NCBI GenBank assembly: GCA_965227515.1
Contig: CBDDFZ010000001.1
Span: 64,001-128,000, forward strand
Direction of reading: 5' to 3'
From: Alphaproteobacteria bacterium
Lineage (GTDB): Bacteria > Pseudomonadota > Alphaproteobacteria > CALKHQ01
DNA: 64,000 nt
A program made the translations under genes and the position numbers. This document shows positions 17,391 through 28,296 of this stretch, one piece after another (the stretch's first letter is position 1; each line of letters starts with the position of its first letter). The notes beneath the pieces are model-generated. The model did not search any database. It was not told the origin of the DNA and saw nothing but the letters and a program-made list of their open reading frames with translations.

Positions 17391-18609
17391 CGCCGCCAAC
17401 CCGGCGCCGACGGATACGGACCGCAAACCCGAACGACTGGCCCTCGGCATCCTGCTCACCATGCTGGTGGCGCTGGGGCCGATCTCCACCGACCTCTACC
17501 TGCCGTCGCTGCCGCGCATCGGCCGCGACCTCGGGGCCAGCGAGCCCAGCGTGCAGCTCACGCTGTCGGTCTTCCTGGTCGTCTTCGCCGCCGCCCAACT
17601 GATCTATGGCCCGCTGTCGGACCGGTTCGGCCGCAAGCCGGTGCTGATCGGCGGACTGTGCATCTATCTGGTGGCGACGGCCGCCTGCGCCTTCGCCCCC
17701 ACCATTGACTGGCTGATCGCCGGCCGCGCGGTGCAGGCGTTCGGGGCCTGCGTCGGCCCGGTGATCGGGCGCGCCGTGGTCCGCGACGTCTACGGGCGGG
17801 AACGGGCCGCCCGCGTGCTGGCCTACATGGGTGCCGCGATGGCGGTGGCTCCGGCGGTCGGCCCGGTGATTGGCGGCATCGTCACCGCCGCTGTCGGCTG
17901 GCAGGCCAATTTCGGGCTGCTGGCGGTGTTCGGGATCATGGCGCTGGTCGGCATCCGGCTGATCCTGACCGAGACCAATTTCTACCTGAATGCCGAGGCG
18001 ACCCGCATCGGGCCGTTGCTGCGCAACTACCGCACCATCGCGCGCAACCGCGAATTCGCCGGCCACGCCCTGACCATGACGTTCGCGTTCAGCGGGCTGT
18101 TCACCTTCATCTCCGGCTCCTCGTTCGTGTTCATCGAGTATTTCGAGCTTTCGGAGATGGCATACGGCTTCTGCTTCGCCTCCGCCGTGGCGGGCTACGT
18201 CACCGGCTCGCTGATCACCGGGCGGATCACCATGCGGGTCGGCGTCGACCGGCTGGTGGCGGTGGGCGTCACATTCACCACCGTGTTCGGCGTCACGATG
18301 GCGGTGATCGGGCTTACCGGCATCTTCACCATCGCGACCATCCTGGTGCCGATGTTCGGCTACATGATCGGCATGGGCCTGTTGCTGCCGAACGCCATGT
18401 CGCGTGCCATCGGCCCGTTCCCGCAAATGGCGGGTGCCGCCTCCGCGCTGATGGGCTTCACCTCGTTCGGGGTCGCTTCGGTGTGGGGCGCGGTGTGCGC
18501 CAACCTGTCGACCGGCACGCCGCTGGTGATGACGGTGGCCATCGGCCTTGGCGGCACGTTGGCGATGGTCGTCTACCTGACCCTGGCGCGCGGCGCCGCG
18601 AACACCTGA
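17377..18609 (+). CDS. Bcr/CflA family MFS efflux transporter
   Basis: TDLYLPSLP, GPLSDRFGRKPV, AVVRDVY; alternative start 17353. Confidence 0.92.
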   Translation: MATVDAANPAPTDTDRKPERLALGILLTMLVALGPISTDLYLPSLPRIGRDLGASEPSVQLTLSVFLVVFAAAQLIYGPLSDRFGRKPVLIGGLCIYLVATAACAFAPTIDWLIAGRAVQAFGACVGPVIGRAVVRDVYGRERAARVLAYMGAAMAVAPAVGPVIGGIVTAAVGWQANFGLLAVFGIMALVGIRLILTETNFYLNAEATRIGPLLRNYRTIARNREFAGHALTMTFAFSGLFTFISGSSFVFIEYFELSEMAYGFCFASAVAGYVTGSLITGRITMRVGVDRLVAVGVTFTTVFGVTMAVIGLTGIFTIATILVPMFGYMIGMGLLLPNAMSRAIGPFPQMAGAASALMGFTSFGVASVWGAVCANLSTGTPLVMTVAIGLGGTLAMVVYLTLARGAANT

Positions 18610-18622
18610 CAACATCAAGCAT

Positions 18623-18709
18623 CGTCATGCCCGCACTTGTTGCGGGCATCCACGACTTTGGTCCCGGCGTCGGAAGACTTGGATGCTCGGGACAAGCCCG
18701 AGCATGACG
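18623..18709. repeat. CGTC-tagged REP doublet (family B)
   Basis: cgtcatgcccgcacttgttgcgggcatccacg...tggatgctcgggacaagcccgagcatgacg between convergent genes. Confidence 0.9.
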
Positions 18710-18741
18710 GCGGTTTGGTTTTCGAGGAGGCGCTGTGGCAC

Positions 18742-20955
18742 CTACGGCATGCCCATCATCACGTCGTGCCACAGCTCGGCTGGCAGCCCGCCGCCGGTGA
18801 CCCGGCGCATCGGCGCGTTGTCGTCATTGCCCATCCACACCCCGGCGACCCGGCCCGGCGTGTAGCCGACGAACCAGGCGTCGCGATAGTCCTGGCTGGT
18901 GCCGGTCTTGCCGGCGACCGGCACACCCGGCAGTGCTGCCGCCGCCCCGGTGCCCCAGGCCACCGCCGCCGACAACATCTCGTGCATCTGTGCGGCGACC
19001 CCCGACGAGAGCTGGCGCCCCAGCTCGCCTGGCGCCGCACGATAGAGCACCTGGCCGTCGCGTCCCCGTATCTCGGCGATGCCGTAGGGCGCCACCCCTG
19101 TACCGCCATTGGCCACGGTGGCGTAGGCGGCCGTCAGCTCGATCAGCCGCACCTCGCCCGCGCCCAGCGCCAGGCTGGGGGTCGCTGGCAGGTCGGTGGA
19201 AAGGCCCAGCCGGTGCGCCAGCGACCGCACCTCCGCCGGGCCGACCGCCTGGATCAGCCGCACCGCCGCCGCGTTCAATGAGCGCGCGAACGCCTCCCGC
19301 ACCGAGATCACGCCGCGATAGTTGCCGTCGTAATTCGCCGGCGACCAGCCGCCGATGCTGATCGGGCTGTCGTCGATGGAACTGTCCGGTGTCATGCCGC
19401 GCTCCAGGGCGGCCAGGTAGAGCATCAGCTTGAACGACGAGCCGGGCTGGCGCAGCGCATCGGTGGCGCGGTTGAACTGGCTGTTGCGGTAGTCGCGGCC
19501 GCCGACCATTGCCCTCACCGCACCGTCCAGGTCCATCACCACGACGGCCGCCTGGGCCACGTCCTGCTCCAGGCCGTGGTCGCGCAGGGTGGCGGCGACC
19601 GCCGCGGCGGCGGCGGCTTGGGCGCCGCGATCCAGCGTGGTGATCACCGTCAGGTCCTGTGCCGCGCCGACCAGCCCCACCGCCTGGTCCGCCGCCCAAT
19701 CGGCGAAATAGAGCGAGGGCCGGTTCGCCTGCGCGCCGCCGGCCGCCGCATAGCGCACCACCGCGCTGCGGGCCATGCCGGCCAGTTCCGGCGTGATGAA
19801 GTCGGCATCGACCATGCTTTCCAGCACCACGGCGGCGCGGTCCTGGGCGCGGTCGGGGTTGGCCGCCGGGTTGAACCGCGACGGCGCCTTCAACAGCCCG
19901 GCCAGGATCGCCGCCTCCGGCAGGCTGAGCGTGCGCGCGGTGTGGCCGAAGAAGCGCTGCGAGGCGGCCTCCACCCCATAGGTGCCGGCGCCGAAATAGA
20001 CCCGGTTCAGGTAGATGGTCAGGATCTGCTGCTTGGAGAAGCGCTGCTCGATCCACAGCGCCAGCAGCGCCTCCTGCACCTTGCGGCGCACCGTGCGCTC
20101 CGAGGTCAGGAACAGATTCTTCGCCAGTTGCTGCGAAATGGTGCTGCCGCCGGCCACGATGTCGCCGGCCATGATGTTGCTGGCCGCCGCCCGCATGATG
20201 CCCAGGATGTCGATGCCGGGATGGTCGAAGAAGCGGCGGTCCTCGGTCGCCAGCACCGCCTCGATCAGGCGCGGCGGCAGGTCCTCGTAGTCGAGCGCGC
20301 CGCCGTGATAGTCGCCGTAGGTGGCCAGGATCCCGCCGTCGGCCGCGCGCACCACCACGCTGGAGCGCCGGGTCTGGGCCAGCGCATCGTCCAGCGAGGG
20401 CAGGTCATAGGCGTAATAGGCGATGCCCGCGCCCATCACCACCACGCCCCAGATCAGCGCGATCGCCGACCAGCGCGCCACCCGCCAGATCAGCCCCGGC
20501 TGGCGTGTCGTGCGCCGGCGCCCGCCCGATTTGCAGCGTGCCGGCCGGCGTGTCGGGCGGCGCATCCAGCGCGCGAGCAGCGGCTGCTTGCTTGCCGTGC
20601 GTCGCCGGGTGGTACGGGCGCGCTTCGCCGGAGTGGCCCTGGCGGTGGTCTTCTTCGGCGCCGTGCGCTTGGCGGTCGTGCGCTTGGCGGTCGTGCGCTT
20701 GGCGGTCGTCCGCTTGGTGGTCGTGCGTTTCGCTGGCGCCCGTTTCGCGGTGGAGCGCTTTGTCGGCGTGCGTTTGGACGATGTGGAGCGCGCACTGGAC
20801 TTGCGCGTTGTGCGGCGCCGGGTCGCCTTCAAGCCGAGCAGGCGCCGCCACAGTGCGGGTTTGCGGCGGGCGGACTTGCGGCGCGTGCGCCGGCGGCTGC
20901 CCGTCCGCGAGGCCGGGCGCCGGCGCCGTGTGCGCGACTCGGACGTGCTTGCCAT
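18742..20955 (-). CDS. Class A penicillin-binding protein (PBP1A family) with a long basic N-terminal extension
   Basis: EDRRFFDH, GGSTISQQLAKNL, RKVQE; transpeptidase SSFK, SLN, KTG motifs. Confidence 0.92.
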   Translation of the reverse strand: MASTSESRTRRRRPASRTGSRRRTRRKSARRKPALWRRLLGLKATRRRTTRKSSARSTSSKRTPTKRSTAKRAPAKRTTTKRTTAKRTTAKRTTAKRTAPKKTTARATPAKRARTTRRRTASKQPLLARWMRRPTRRPARCKSGGRRRTTRQPGLIWRVARWSAIALIWGVVVMGAGIAYYAYDLPSLDDALAQTRRSSVVVRAADGGILATYGDYHGGALDYEDLPPRLIEAVLATEDRRFFDHPGIDILGIMRAAASNIMAGDIVAGGSTISQQLAKNLFLTSERTVRRKVQEALLALWIEQRFSKQQILTIYLNRVYFGAGTYGVEAASQRFFGHTARTLSLPEAAILAGLLKAPSRFNPAANPDRAQDRAAVVLESMVDADFITPELAGMARSAVVRYAAAGGAQANRPSLYFADWAADQAVGLVGAAQDLTVITTLDRGAQAAAAAAVAATLRDHGLEQDVAQAAVVVMDLDGAVRAMVGGRDYRNSQFNRATDALRQPGSSFKLMLYLAALERGMTPDSSIDDSPISIGGWSPANYDGNYRGVISVREAFARSLNAAAVRLIQAVGPAEVRSLAHRLGLSTDLPATPSLALGAGEVRLIELTAAYATVANGGTGVAPYGIAEIRGRDGQVLYRAAPGELGRQLSSGVAAQMHEMLSAAVAWGTGAAAALPGVPVAGKTGTSQDYRDAWFVGYTPGRVAGVWMGNDDNAPMRRVTGGGLPAELWHDVMMGMP
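20663..20737 (-). repeat. 15-bp coding tandem repeat (TAKRT pentapeptide), about 5 units
   Basis: gtgcgcttggcggtc x3 exact plus two degenerate units. Confidence 0.9.
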
Positions 20956-21033
20956 CGCGCTGTATAGCAAAACCGGCCCGAAGGCCGAATCGTCTTGTCA
21001 GAACAAGAGCTTGTGCGAGCTGAGTCGCGCTAA

Positions 21034-22170
<1,137 letters not shown>

Positions 22171-22279
22171 CACAAAAGACAGTCGCTCTCCCCCACCCGG
22201 CCACCCACGACAGTATCCTGAATGGGTGGCCGGGTGGGGGAGAGGGCTGGCGCAGACTTCAGCGTTCGCCGATGCAGCT

Positions 22280-22891
22280 CTACAGCAAGAACTTGATCGC
22301 CACGAACCCCAGGATGACGATGGCGATGACGCCATAGCCGAACAGCGTGCTGTTGCGGTCCATCAGCGCCTTCAGCTTCGGCCCGAAGGCATACAGCAGC
22401 ACGGCGAAGAACCCGAATTGCAGGGTGCGGCCGACGACCGACACCAGAATGAACGTGGCCAGGTCGAACGCCATGAACCCGGCTGCGATGCAGACCACCT
22501 TGTAGGGAATCGGCGTCAACGCGCCGATGAACACAAAGGTGGCGCCGGTCCACAGGTCGGTCGCGAACTCCGTACGGTATTCCTGGAACGTGTCGGTGAG
22601 GCCGTACAGGTCGAGCAGCCAAACGCCGATCGTTTCGTAGCCGAAATAGCCGATGAAATAACCGCCCACGCCCCCGATGACGGAGGCGACCGTGGCGACC
22701 AGCATGACCAGCCAGATGCGCCGCCGGCTGGCCAGCATCATCGGCACCAGCACCGCATGCACCGGGATCGGCAGGATGGCGCTTTCCAGCGCCGAGATGA
22801 CGGCAAGCAGGTAGAGCGCCTTGCGCGTCTCGGCTTGGTGCATGCAGAACTCGACCGCCGCGCCGATGCGCAGGAACCTGGGTAGCTGCAT
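22280..22891 (-). CDS. YqaA/DedA (VTT domain) membrane protein
   Basis: ESAILPIP, ASVIGGVGGYFIG, LTPIPYKV. Confidence 0.85.
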   Translation of the reverse strand: MQLPRFLRIGAAVEFCMHQAETRKALYLLAVISALESAILPIPVHAVLVPMMLASRRRIWLVMLVATVASVIGGVGGYFIGYFGYETIGVWLLDLYGLTDTFQEYRTEFATDLWTGATFVFIGALTPIPYKVVCIAAGFMAFDLATFILVSVVGRTLQFGFFAVLLYAFGPKLKALMDRNSTLFGYGVIAIVILGFVAIKFLL

Positions 22892-23050
22892 GCAGGCCTT
22901 CCGTTCCGGGAATGTCTGGTGATGGCGGGCGCGCCGAACCGGTCGCGCCGGGCGGTTATATCCCCACAGGCCGGCATGACAAGCGGCAAGAGCGGCAGCG
23001 GCCCGACATGGGCGAACCGGCACCCGGGCGACTCAACCGCCACGCGCCAC

Positions 23051-23066
23051 TTTACGCGACGTTAAC
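23051..23066 (+). promoter_or_regulatory. Near-consensus CtrA box (TTTA-N7-TTAAC)
   Basis: ttta cgcgacg ttaac, 76 nt upstream of the DUF2336 gene. Confidence 0.45.
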
Positions 23067-23142
23067 AGCAGGCGGGCATACTCAAGCCGGCACAAAGCGG
23101 CCACAGCCGCGTGCGTGAGGCAGACAACGGGACCTGCGGGCA

Positions 23143-24246
23143 ATGAGTCTTTCGGAAGCTGACGTCAAACGCTTGCTAGAGGAGCGCACGCCGGACGCGC
23201 GCGCCGCGACCGCCGAAAAGCTGGCAAGCCAATACTCGGCGAGCGAACTGAGCGACACCGAGCGCGCCATGGCGGAAGAGATCTTCCGGATGATGCTGAA
23301 CGACGCCGCGGTTCGCGTGCGCCAGGCGCTGTCGGAATCGCTGGCCGAGTCCGATGCCATTCCCGGCGACCTGGCCGTGGCGCTTGCCAAGGATATCGAC
23401 GACGTCGCCATCCCCATGCTTGAGAAGTCGACGGTGCTCTCCGACGACGACCTGGTGGAAATCATCAAGGCCAGCGGCGGCGCCAAGCAGGCCGCCATTG
23501 CCGGGCGCGAGACGGTATCGAGCGCCGTGTCCAGCGCGCTGGTCGCGACCGACAACATCGACGTTGTCGAGAAGTTGATCTCCAACGACGGCGCGGAAAT
23601 CTCAGAGCAGTCGCTCGGCCATGTGATGGACAAGTTCGGCGACGATGCCCGCATCCAGGGCCCGATGGTCGACCGCGCGGCCCTGCCGCCGTCGATTTCC
23701 GAGCGGCTGGTATCGGTGGTGTCGGAGACCCTGCGCGACAAGCTGATGACCCATCACGAGCTGTCGCCGGAAATGGCGACCGATCTGGTGATGCAGTCGC
23801 GCGAGCGCGCCATCCTGGGTATCGCCAAGCAGTCGAATGTCGCCGACCTGCAGGCGATGATCGATCAGCTCCACCGCAATGGCCGGCTGACCCATTCGCT
23901 GATCCTGCGCGCGCTGTGCATGGGCGACATCGCCTTCTTCGAGGCGTCGCTGGCCCAGCTCAGCAAGGTGCCGCTGACCAACGTGCAGCGCCTTATCCAC
24001 GACAAGGGCGACCTGGGCCTGAAGTCGCTCTACCAGCACGCCGCGATGCCGCTGGAGATGTTCCCGGCCGTGCGCGTCGCCGTCGACGTGATCAACGAGA
24101 CCGAATACGACGGCAACGACGATGACCTGCCGCGCTACCGCCGGCGGGTCGTCGAGCGCATTCTGACCCAGTACCAGGACCTGGACGAGGACAGTCTGAG
24201 CTATCTGCTGGACCGGTTGGATTCGGTCGGCGCGATGGCGGCCTAG
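23143..24246 (+). CDS. DUF2336 domain protein
   Basis: D..VRVRQALSE, VAIPML..STVLSDDDL, QAAIAGR, RLTHSLILRALCMGD pattern of alphaproteobacterial DUF2336. Confidence 0.82.
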   Translation: MSLSEADVKRLLEERTPDARAATAEKLASQYSASELSDTERAMAEEIFRMMLNDAAVRVRQALSESLAESDAIPGDLAVALAKDIDDVAIPMLEKSTVLSDDDLVEIIKASGGAKQAAIAGRETVSSAVSSALVATDNIDVVEKLISNDGAEISEQSLGHVMDKFGDDARIQGPMVDRAALPPSISERLVSVVSETLRDKLMTHHELSPEMATDLVMQSRERAILGIAKQSNVADLQAMIDQLHRNGRLTHSLILRALCMGDIAFFEASLAQLSKVPLTNVQRLIHDKGDLGLKSLYQHAAMPLEMFPAVRVAVDVINETEYDGNDDDLPRYRRRVVERILTQYQDLDEDSLSYLLDRLDSVGAMAA

Positions 24247-24422
24247 CTCCCATCGGTTAACGGGCGCCACGGCGCCCGTACCATTTCCGGCGAGCCCCCG
24301 CCTATCTCTTAGCGATCCCGCACGAAACGGCTATGCTCCGTCGTTCGACAACGACGAGGCACCGCCCGCAATGGCTCAACCAGCTGATGCGCGATCAGCA
24401 TCGTGCGCGTGATCGCGGACGC

Positions 24423-25601
24423 ATGAGCGCGCGCGCGGACAGCGGCCCCAAAGGCAGCCCAGAAGGCAACCCAGCAGCCGAGATCGCGCTGCACCAGGAC
24501 GGCGACGTGACCGTGCTGGCGGCCAGTGGCGCGTGGGACCGGCACCAGGCGGCCGCACTCGACCGCAAGCTTGGCGAGCTGGCACTGCCTGACGGCGGGC
24601 GGGCGATTATCGACGCCTCGGACGTGTCGGTGATGGACAGCTCCGGCGCCTGGCTGCTGCACCGCACCCGCTACCAGTTGAAAAACCGTGGCATCGAAAC
24701 CGAAATCCGCGCGGTGCCGGACGCGTATGCCGATCTGTTCCACCGTGTCGGCGAAGCGGCGCTGGCCGATGCGCGCGATCGCGGTATCGTGCCGTACACA
24801 CCGCACCGCGACCTGGTCGAGGACCTGGGCGAGGCCACCATCGGCGGATTGCGCGCCGGCCGCGCGCTGCTCGGCTTCATCGGTGCCGCCACGGTGACGC
24901 TGGCCAGAACCGCGCGCAACCCGCGCCGGCTGCGCGTCACCGCGCTGGTCTACCACATCCAGCGCACCGGCCTTTACGCCATGCCCATCGTCGGGCTGAT
25001 CAACTTCCTGATCGGCATCGTGCTCGCCTACATGGGCGCCACCCAGCTCCAGGCGTTCGGCGCGCAGATCTTCGCGGTCGACCTGGTCGGCATCGCCGTG
25101 CTGCGCGAGATGGGCATCCTGCTGACCGCCATCGTGGTCGCCGGCCGGTCGGGCAGCGCGTTCACCGCCCAGATCGGCACCATGCAGGTGAACCAGGAGA
25201 TCGACGCCATGCGCACCATCGGGCTCGACCCGATGGACGTGCTGGTGATGCCGCGCATGATCGCGCTGGCGATCACGTTGCCGGCGCTGACCTTCTTCGC
25301 CGACCTGATGGGCCTGCTGGGCGGCGGCATCATGAGCATCCTGGTGCTGGATATCTCGCTGGTGCAGTTCCTCGATCGGCTGCGGGACTCCGTCTCGGTG
25401 CCGATCTTCCTGGTCGGCATCAGCAAGGCCCCGGTGTTCGCGGTGATCATTGCCGTCGTCGGCTGTTATGAGGGCATGAAGGTCGGCGGCAGCGCGGAGT
25501 CGGTGGGGCGACAGACCACCAAGTCGGTGGTCGAGTCGATCTTCCTGGTCATCGTGTTCGACGCGCTGTTCGCCATTATGTATTCATATTTGGGCATTTA
25601 A
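24423..25601 (+). CDS. mlaE: MlaE-family ABC permease with N-terminal STAS-like domain
   Basis: MDSSGAW; LREMG.LLTAIVVAGRSGSAFTAQIG.M...QEIDA. Confidence 0.92.
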   Translation: MSARADSGPKGSPEGNPAAEIALHQDGDVTVLAASGAWDRHQAAALDRKLGELALPDGGRAIIDASDVSVMDSSGAWLLHRTRYQLKNRGIETEIRAVPDAYADLFHRVGEAALADARDRGIVPYTPHRDLVEDLGEATIGGLRAGRALLGFIGAATVTLARTARNPRRLRVTALVYHIQRTGLYAMPIVGLINFLIGIVLAYMGATQLQAFGAQIFAVDLVGIAVLREMGILLTAIVVAGRSGSAFTAQIGTMQVNQEIDAMRTIGLDPMDVLVMPRMIALAITLPALTFFADLMGLLGGGIMSILVLDISLVQFLDRLRDSVSVPIFLVGISKAPVFAVIIAVVGCYEGMKVGGSAESVGRQTTKSVVESIFLVIVFDALFAIMYSYLGI

Positions 25602-25607
25602 GGCATC

Positions 25608-26603
25608 GTGCTAGAGCATGGGCCGCGTGCCGATGCACCCGGTGCGCCGAATCCGTCAGGATATGACGGATCGATATTCTTTGCGGGGGATGGGCCGAGA
25701 TTGGCAAGAGCAGCCGCAGCTACCACGGGCAACGACGTGCCGCCGAACGGATCGGCAGGGCAGCCGCAGGCGCGCGATCGCGAGGTCGTCGTCTCCATCC
25801 GTGGGCTGGAGAACCGCTTCGGCGAGCAAGTCGTTCATGACGGCCTGGACCTGGATGTCTTGCGCGGCGAGGTGCTGGGCATCGTCGGCGGATCGGGCAC
25901 CGGCAAGTCGGTGCTGCTGCGCACCATCATCGGCCTGAACCGCCCGGCCGGCGGCACCATCGACGTCCTGGGCGAAGAGATCGTCGGCCGCGACCTGACC
26001 CGCGCGCCGGAGCTGACCGGGCTGTGGGGCGTGCTGTTCCAGGACGGCGCGCTGTTCAGCTCGCTGACCGTGGTCGAGAACGTGATGGCGCCGATGCGCG
26101 AGCACACCGACTGGCCACTGGAACTGGCGCGCGAACTGGCGGCGGTGAAGATCGAGATGGTGGGCCTGCCGGCGGACGCCTGCCAGAAGTACCCGTCGCA
26201 ATTGTCCGGCGGCATGCGCAAGCGCGCCGGCCTGGCCCGCGCGCTCGCCCTGGACCCGCCGCTGCTGCTGCTGGACGAGCCCACCGCCGGCCTGGACCCC
26301 ATCGGCGCCGCCGACTTCGACCAGTTGATCCGCAGCCTGCAACAGAGCCTGGGCCTGACCGTGGTGATGGTCACCCACGACCTGGACAGCCTGCAGGCGA
26401 TCTGCGACCGGATCGCGGTGCTGGTGGACAAGCGCGTGGTGGTCGACACCATGGCGAACCTGATGCAACTCGACCATCCGTGGGTGCAGGAGTACTTCCA
26501 CGGTCCGCGCGCCCGCAACGCCCAGGCCGCATCCGGCCATGCCGCCGGCACCAAGGCCGGGGCTGGAGCCGGCGCCGGGGCCGGGGCCAACCGGGCCGCC
26601 TGA
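25608..26603 (+). CDS. mlaF: MlaF-family ABC ATPase (start uncertain)
   Basis: GGSGTGKS, FQDGALF, LSGGMRKR, DEPTAGLDP. Confidence 0.92.
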   Translation: MLEHGPRADAPGAPNPSGYDGSIFFAGDGPRLARAAAATTGNDVPPNGSAGQPQARDREVVVSIRGLENRFGEQVVHDGLDLDVLRGEVLGIVGGSGTGKSVLLRTIIGLNRPAGGTIDVLGEEIVGRDLTRAPELTGLWGVLFQDGALFSSLTVVENVMAPMREHTDWPLELARELAAVKIEMVGLPADACQKYPSQLSGGMRKRAGLARALALDPPLLLLDEPTAGLDPIGAADFDQLIRSLQQSLGLTVVMVTHDLDSLQAICDRIAVLVDKRVVVDTMANLMQLDHPWVQEYFHGPRARNAQAASGHAAGTKAGAGAGAGAGANRAA

Positions 26604-26605
26604 CC

Positions 26606-27565
26606 ATGGAAACCCGCGCAAGTTATGTCCTTGTCGGCGCCTTCGTGCTGTCGCTGATCGCGCTGTTGTTCGGCTTCATCATCTGGCTGGCCAATTTCGA
26701 GTTCGGCAATACGCAGAAGTCGTACTACCTGCTGTTCAACGAGTCCGTCTCCGGGCTGAACATCGGCGCGGTCGTCAGCTATCGCGGCATCCGGGTCGGC
26801 AATGTCACCAACATCCGCATCAATCCGGACAATGTGGAGGAGGTGCGCGTCGACCTGTCGATCGACGGCGACGTGCCGATCAAGACCGATGCGGTGGCCA
26901 GCCTGCAATTCCAGGGCATCACCGGGCTCAGCTTCATCGAGATCGCGGGCGGCACGGCGGAAGCGCCGGAGCTGCTGTCCGGCAGCGAGGTCGAGACCAC
27001 GGCCAGCGGGTTGCAGGAGGTGATCGCCCGCGCCCCGCAACTGATCAACGAGCTGATCGTGGCCATCGACCAGTTCAACTCGATCCTGAGCAACCAAAAT
27101 CGTGCCGCATTTGCGGAGACACTGGAGAACATGGCAACGGTGACGGCAGCGCTGGCTGACGAGGAGTCTGGCGTTCCGCGCCTGATGGGCGAACTGACCG
27201 AGGCTGCCATCGCCGTGCGCGGCGCCACCCAGGACATCCCTGCCCTTGTGGAGCATATCGACACCGCCGTGCTGGATGCGTCGACCATCTTTGCCGGCGT
27301 CGAGGCCGAGATCACGCCGGCGGTCGCCGCTTTTCAGCAGGCCACCGGCAGCGTCACCGACGCGGCCGACCTGTTCGAGGCCTTCCTGGCCGAAAACCGC
27401 GACAATGTGCGAGAATTCACCGGCACCGGCCTGGTGGAGCTGAACGTGCTGATCGGCGACCTGCGCGCCGTTATCGGCCAGTTTGCCCGCATCGTCACCG
27501 AGCTGGAGCGCGCACCGTCGCGCTTCCTGTTCGGCGACGGCAACGAAGGGATTGCATTGGACTGA
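26606..27565 (+). CDS. mlaD: MlaD/MCE family protein
   Basis: METRASYVLVGAFV, VSGL..GAVVSYRGIRVG.V, QGITG. Confidence 0.9.
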   Translation: METRASYVLVGAFVLSLIALLFGFIIWLANFEFGNTQKSYYLLFNESVSGLNIGAVVSYRGIRVGNVTNIRINPDNVEEVRVDLSIDGDVPIKTDAVASLQFQGITGLSFIEIAGGTAEAPELLSGSEVETTASGLQEVIARAPQLINELIVAIDQFNSILSNQNRAAFAETLENMATVTAALADEESGVPRLMGELTEAAIAVRGATQDIPALVEHIDTAVLDASTIFAGVEAEITPAVAAFQQATGSVTDAADLFEAFLAENRDNVREFTGTGLVELNVLIGDLRAVIGQFARIVTELERAPSRFLFGDGNEGIALD

Positions 27566-28203
27566 TGATGCCGCGCCGCAAAATCCTGGCAGGCCTTGGC
27601 GCCCTGACGGGCATCGCCGCGACCGGGGGCTGCAGTGTGCTCAGCGAGCCGGCGCCGGCGCTCTACGTGCTGACGCCGAAGAGCACGTTCGACGACCTGC
27701 TGCCGCACGTATCGTGGCAGCTCATCGTGGAGCAGCCGTTCGCCGCCGCGGGCCTGGATACGGCCCGCATCGCCGTGGCGCCGGATCCCACGCGACTGGA
27801 CTATTTCGCCGATGTCTCCTGGTCGGACTACGCGCCGGCGATGGTGCAGACGCTGATCGTGGAATCGTTCGAGAACTCGGAGCGCATCATCGCGGTCGGC
27901 CGCGACACCATCGACCTGCGCTCCGACTTCGTGCTGAAGACCGAGCTGCGCGAGTTCCAGGCCGAACTGAGCGGAGAGGGCCAGCCGCCGAACGTGGTGA
28001 TTCAGATCAATGCCAAGCTGGTGCGCATGCCCCAGCGCATCATCATCGCGAACCAGAACTTCCGTGCCCAGGCGCGGGCGTCCAGCAACGACATCCCGGC
28101 GGTGGTCGCCGCGTTTGACGATGCCCTGGGCAGTGTGCTGAAAGACCTCATATCCTGGACGCTGAATGCGCCGCCCGATGTCGGCGTGCGCGATCCGTCG
28201 TGA
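27565..28203 (+). CDS. ABC transport auxiliary lipoprotein (PqiC-like)
   Basis: Lipobox TGGC; YFADVSWSD; last gene of the MCE operon. Confidence 0.85.
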   Translation: MMPRRKILAGLGALTGIAATGGCSVLSEPAPALYVLTPKSTFDDLLPHVSWQLIVEQPFAAAGLDTARIAVAPDPTRLDYFADVSWSDYAPAMVQTLIVESFENSERIIAVGRDTIDLRSDFVLKTELREFQAELSGEGQPPNVVIQINAKLVRMPQRIIIANQNFRAQARASSNDIPAVVAAFDDALGSVLKDLISWTLNAPPDVGVRDPS

Positions 28204-28296
28204 ACGGGCGGTAACGCAACCGCGGGGATGCGGGGACCCGGCCCGGAGCAGGCAACAATGCTCCAGCGGGGTGGATCGAAAAGGAGCGGATGACCC

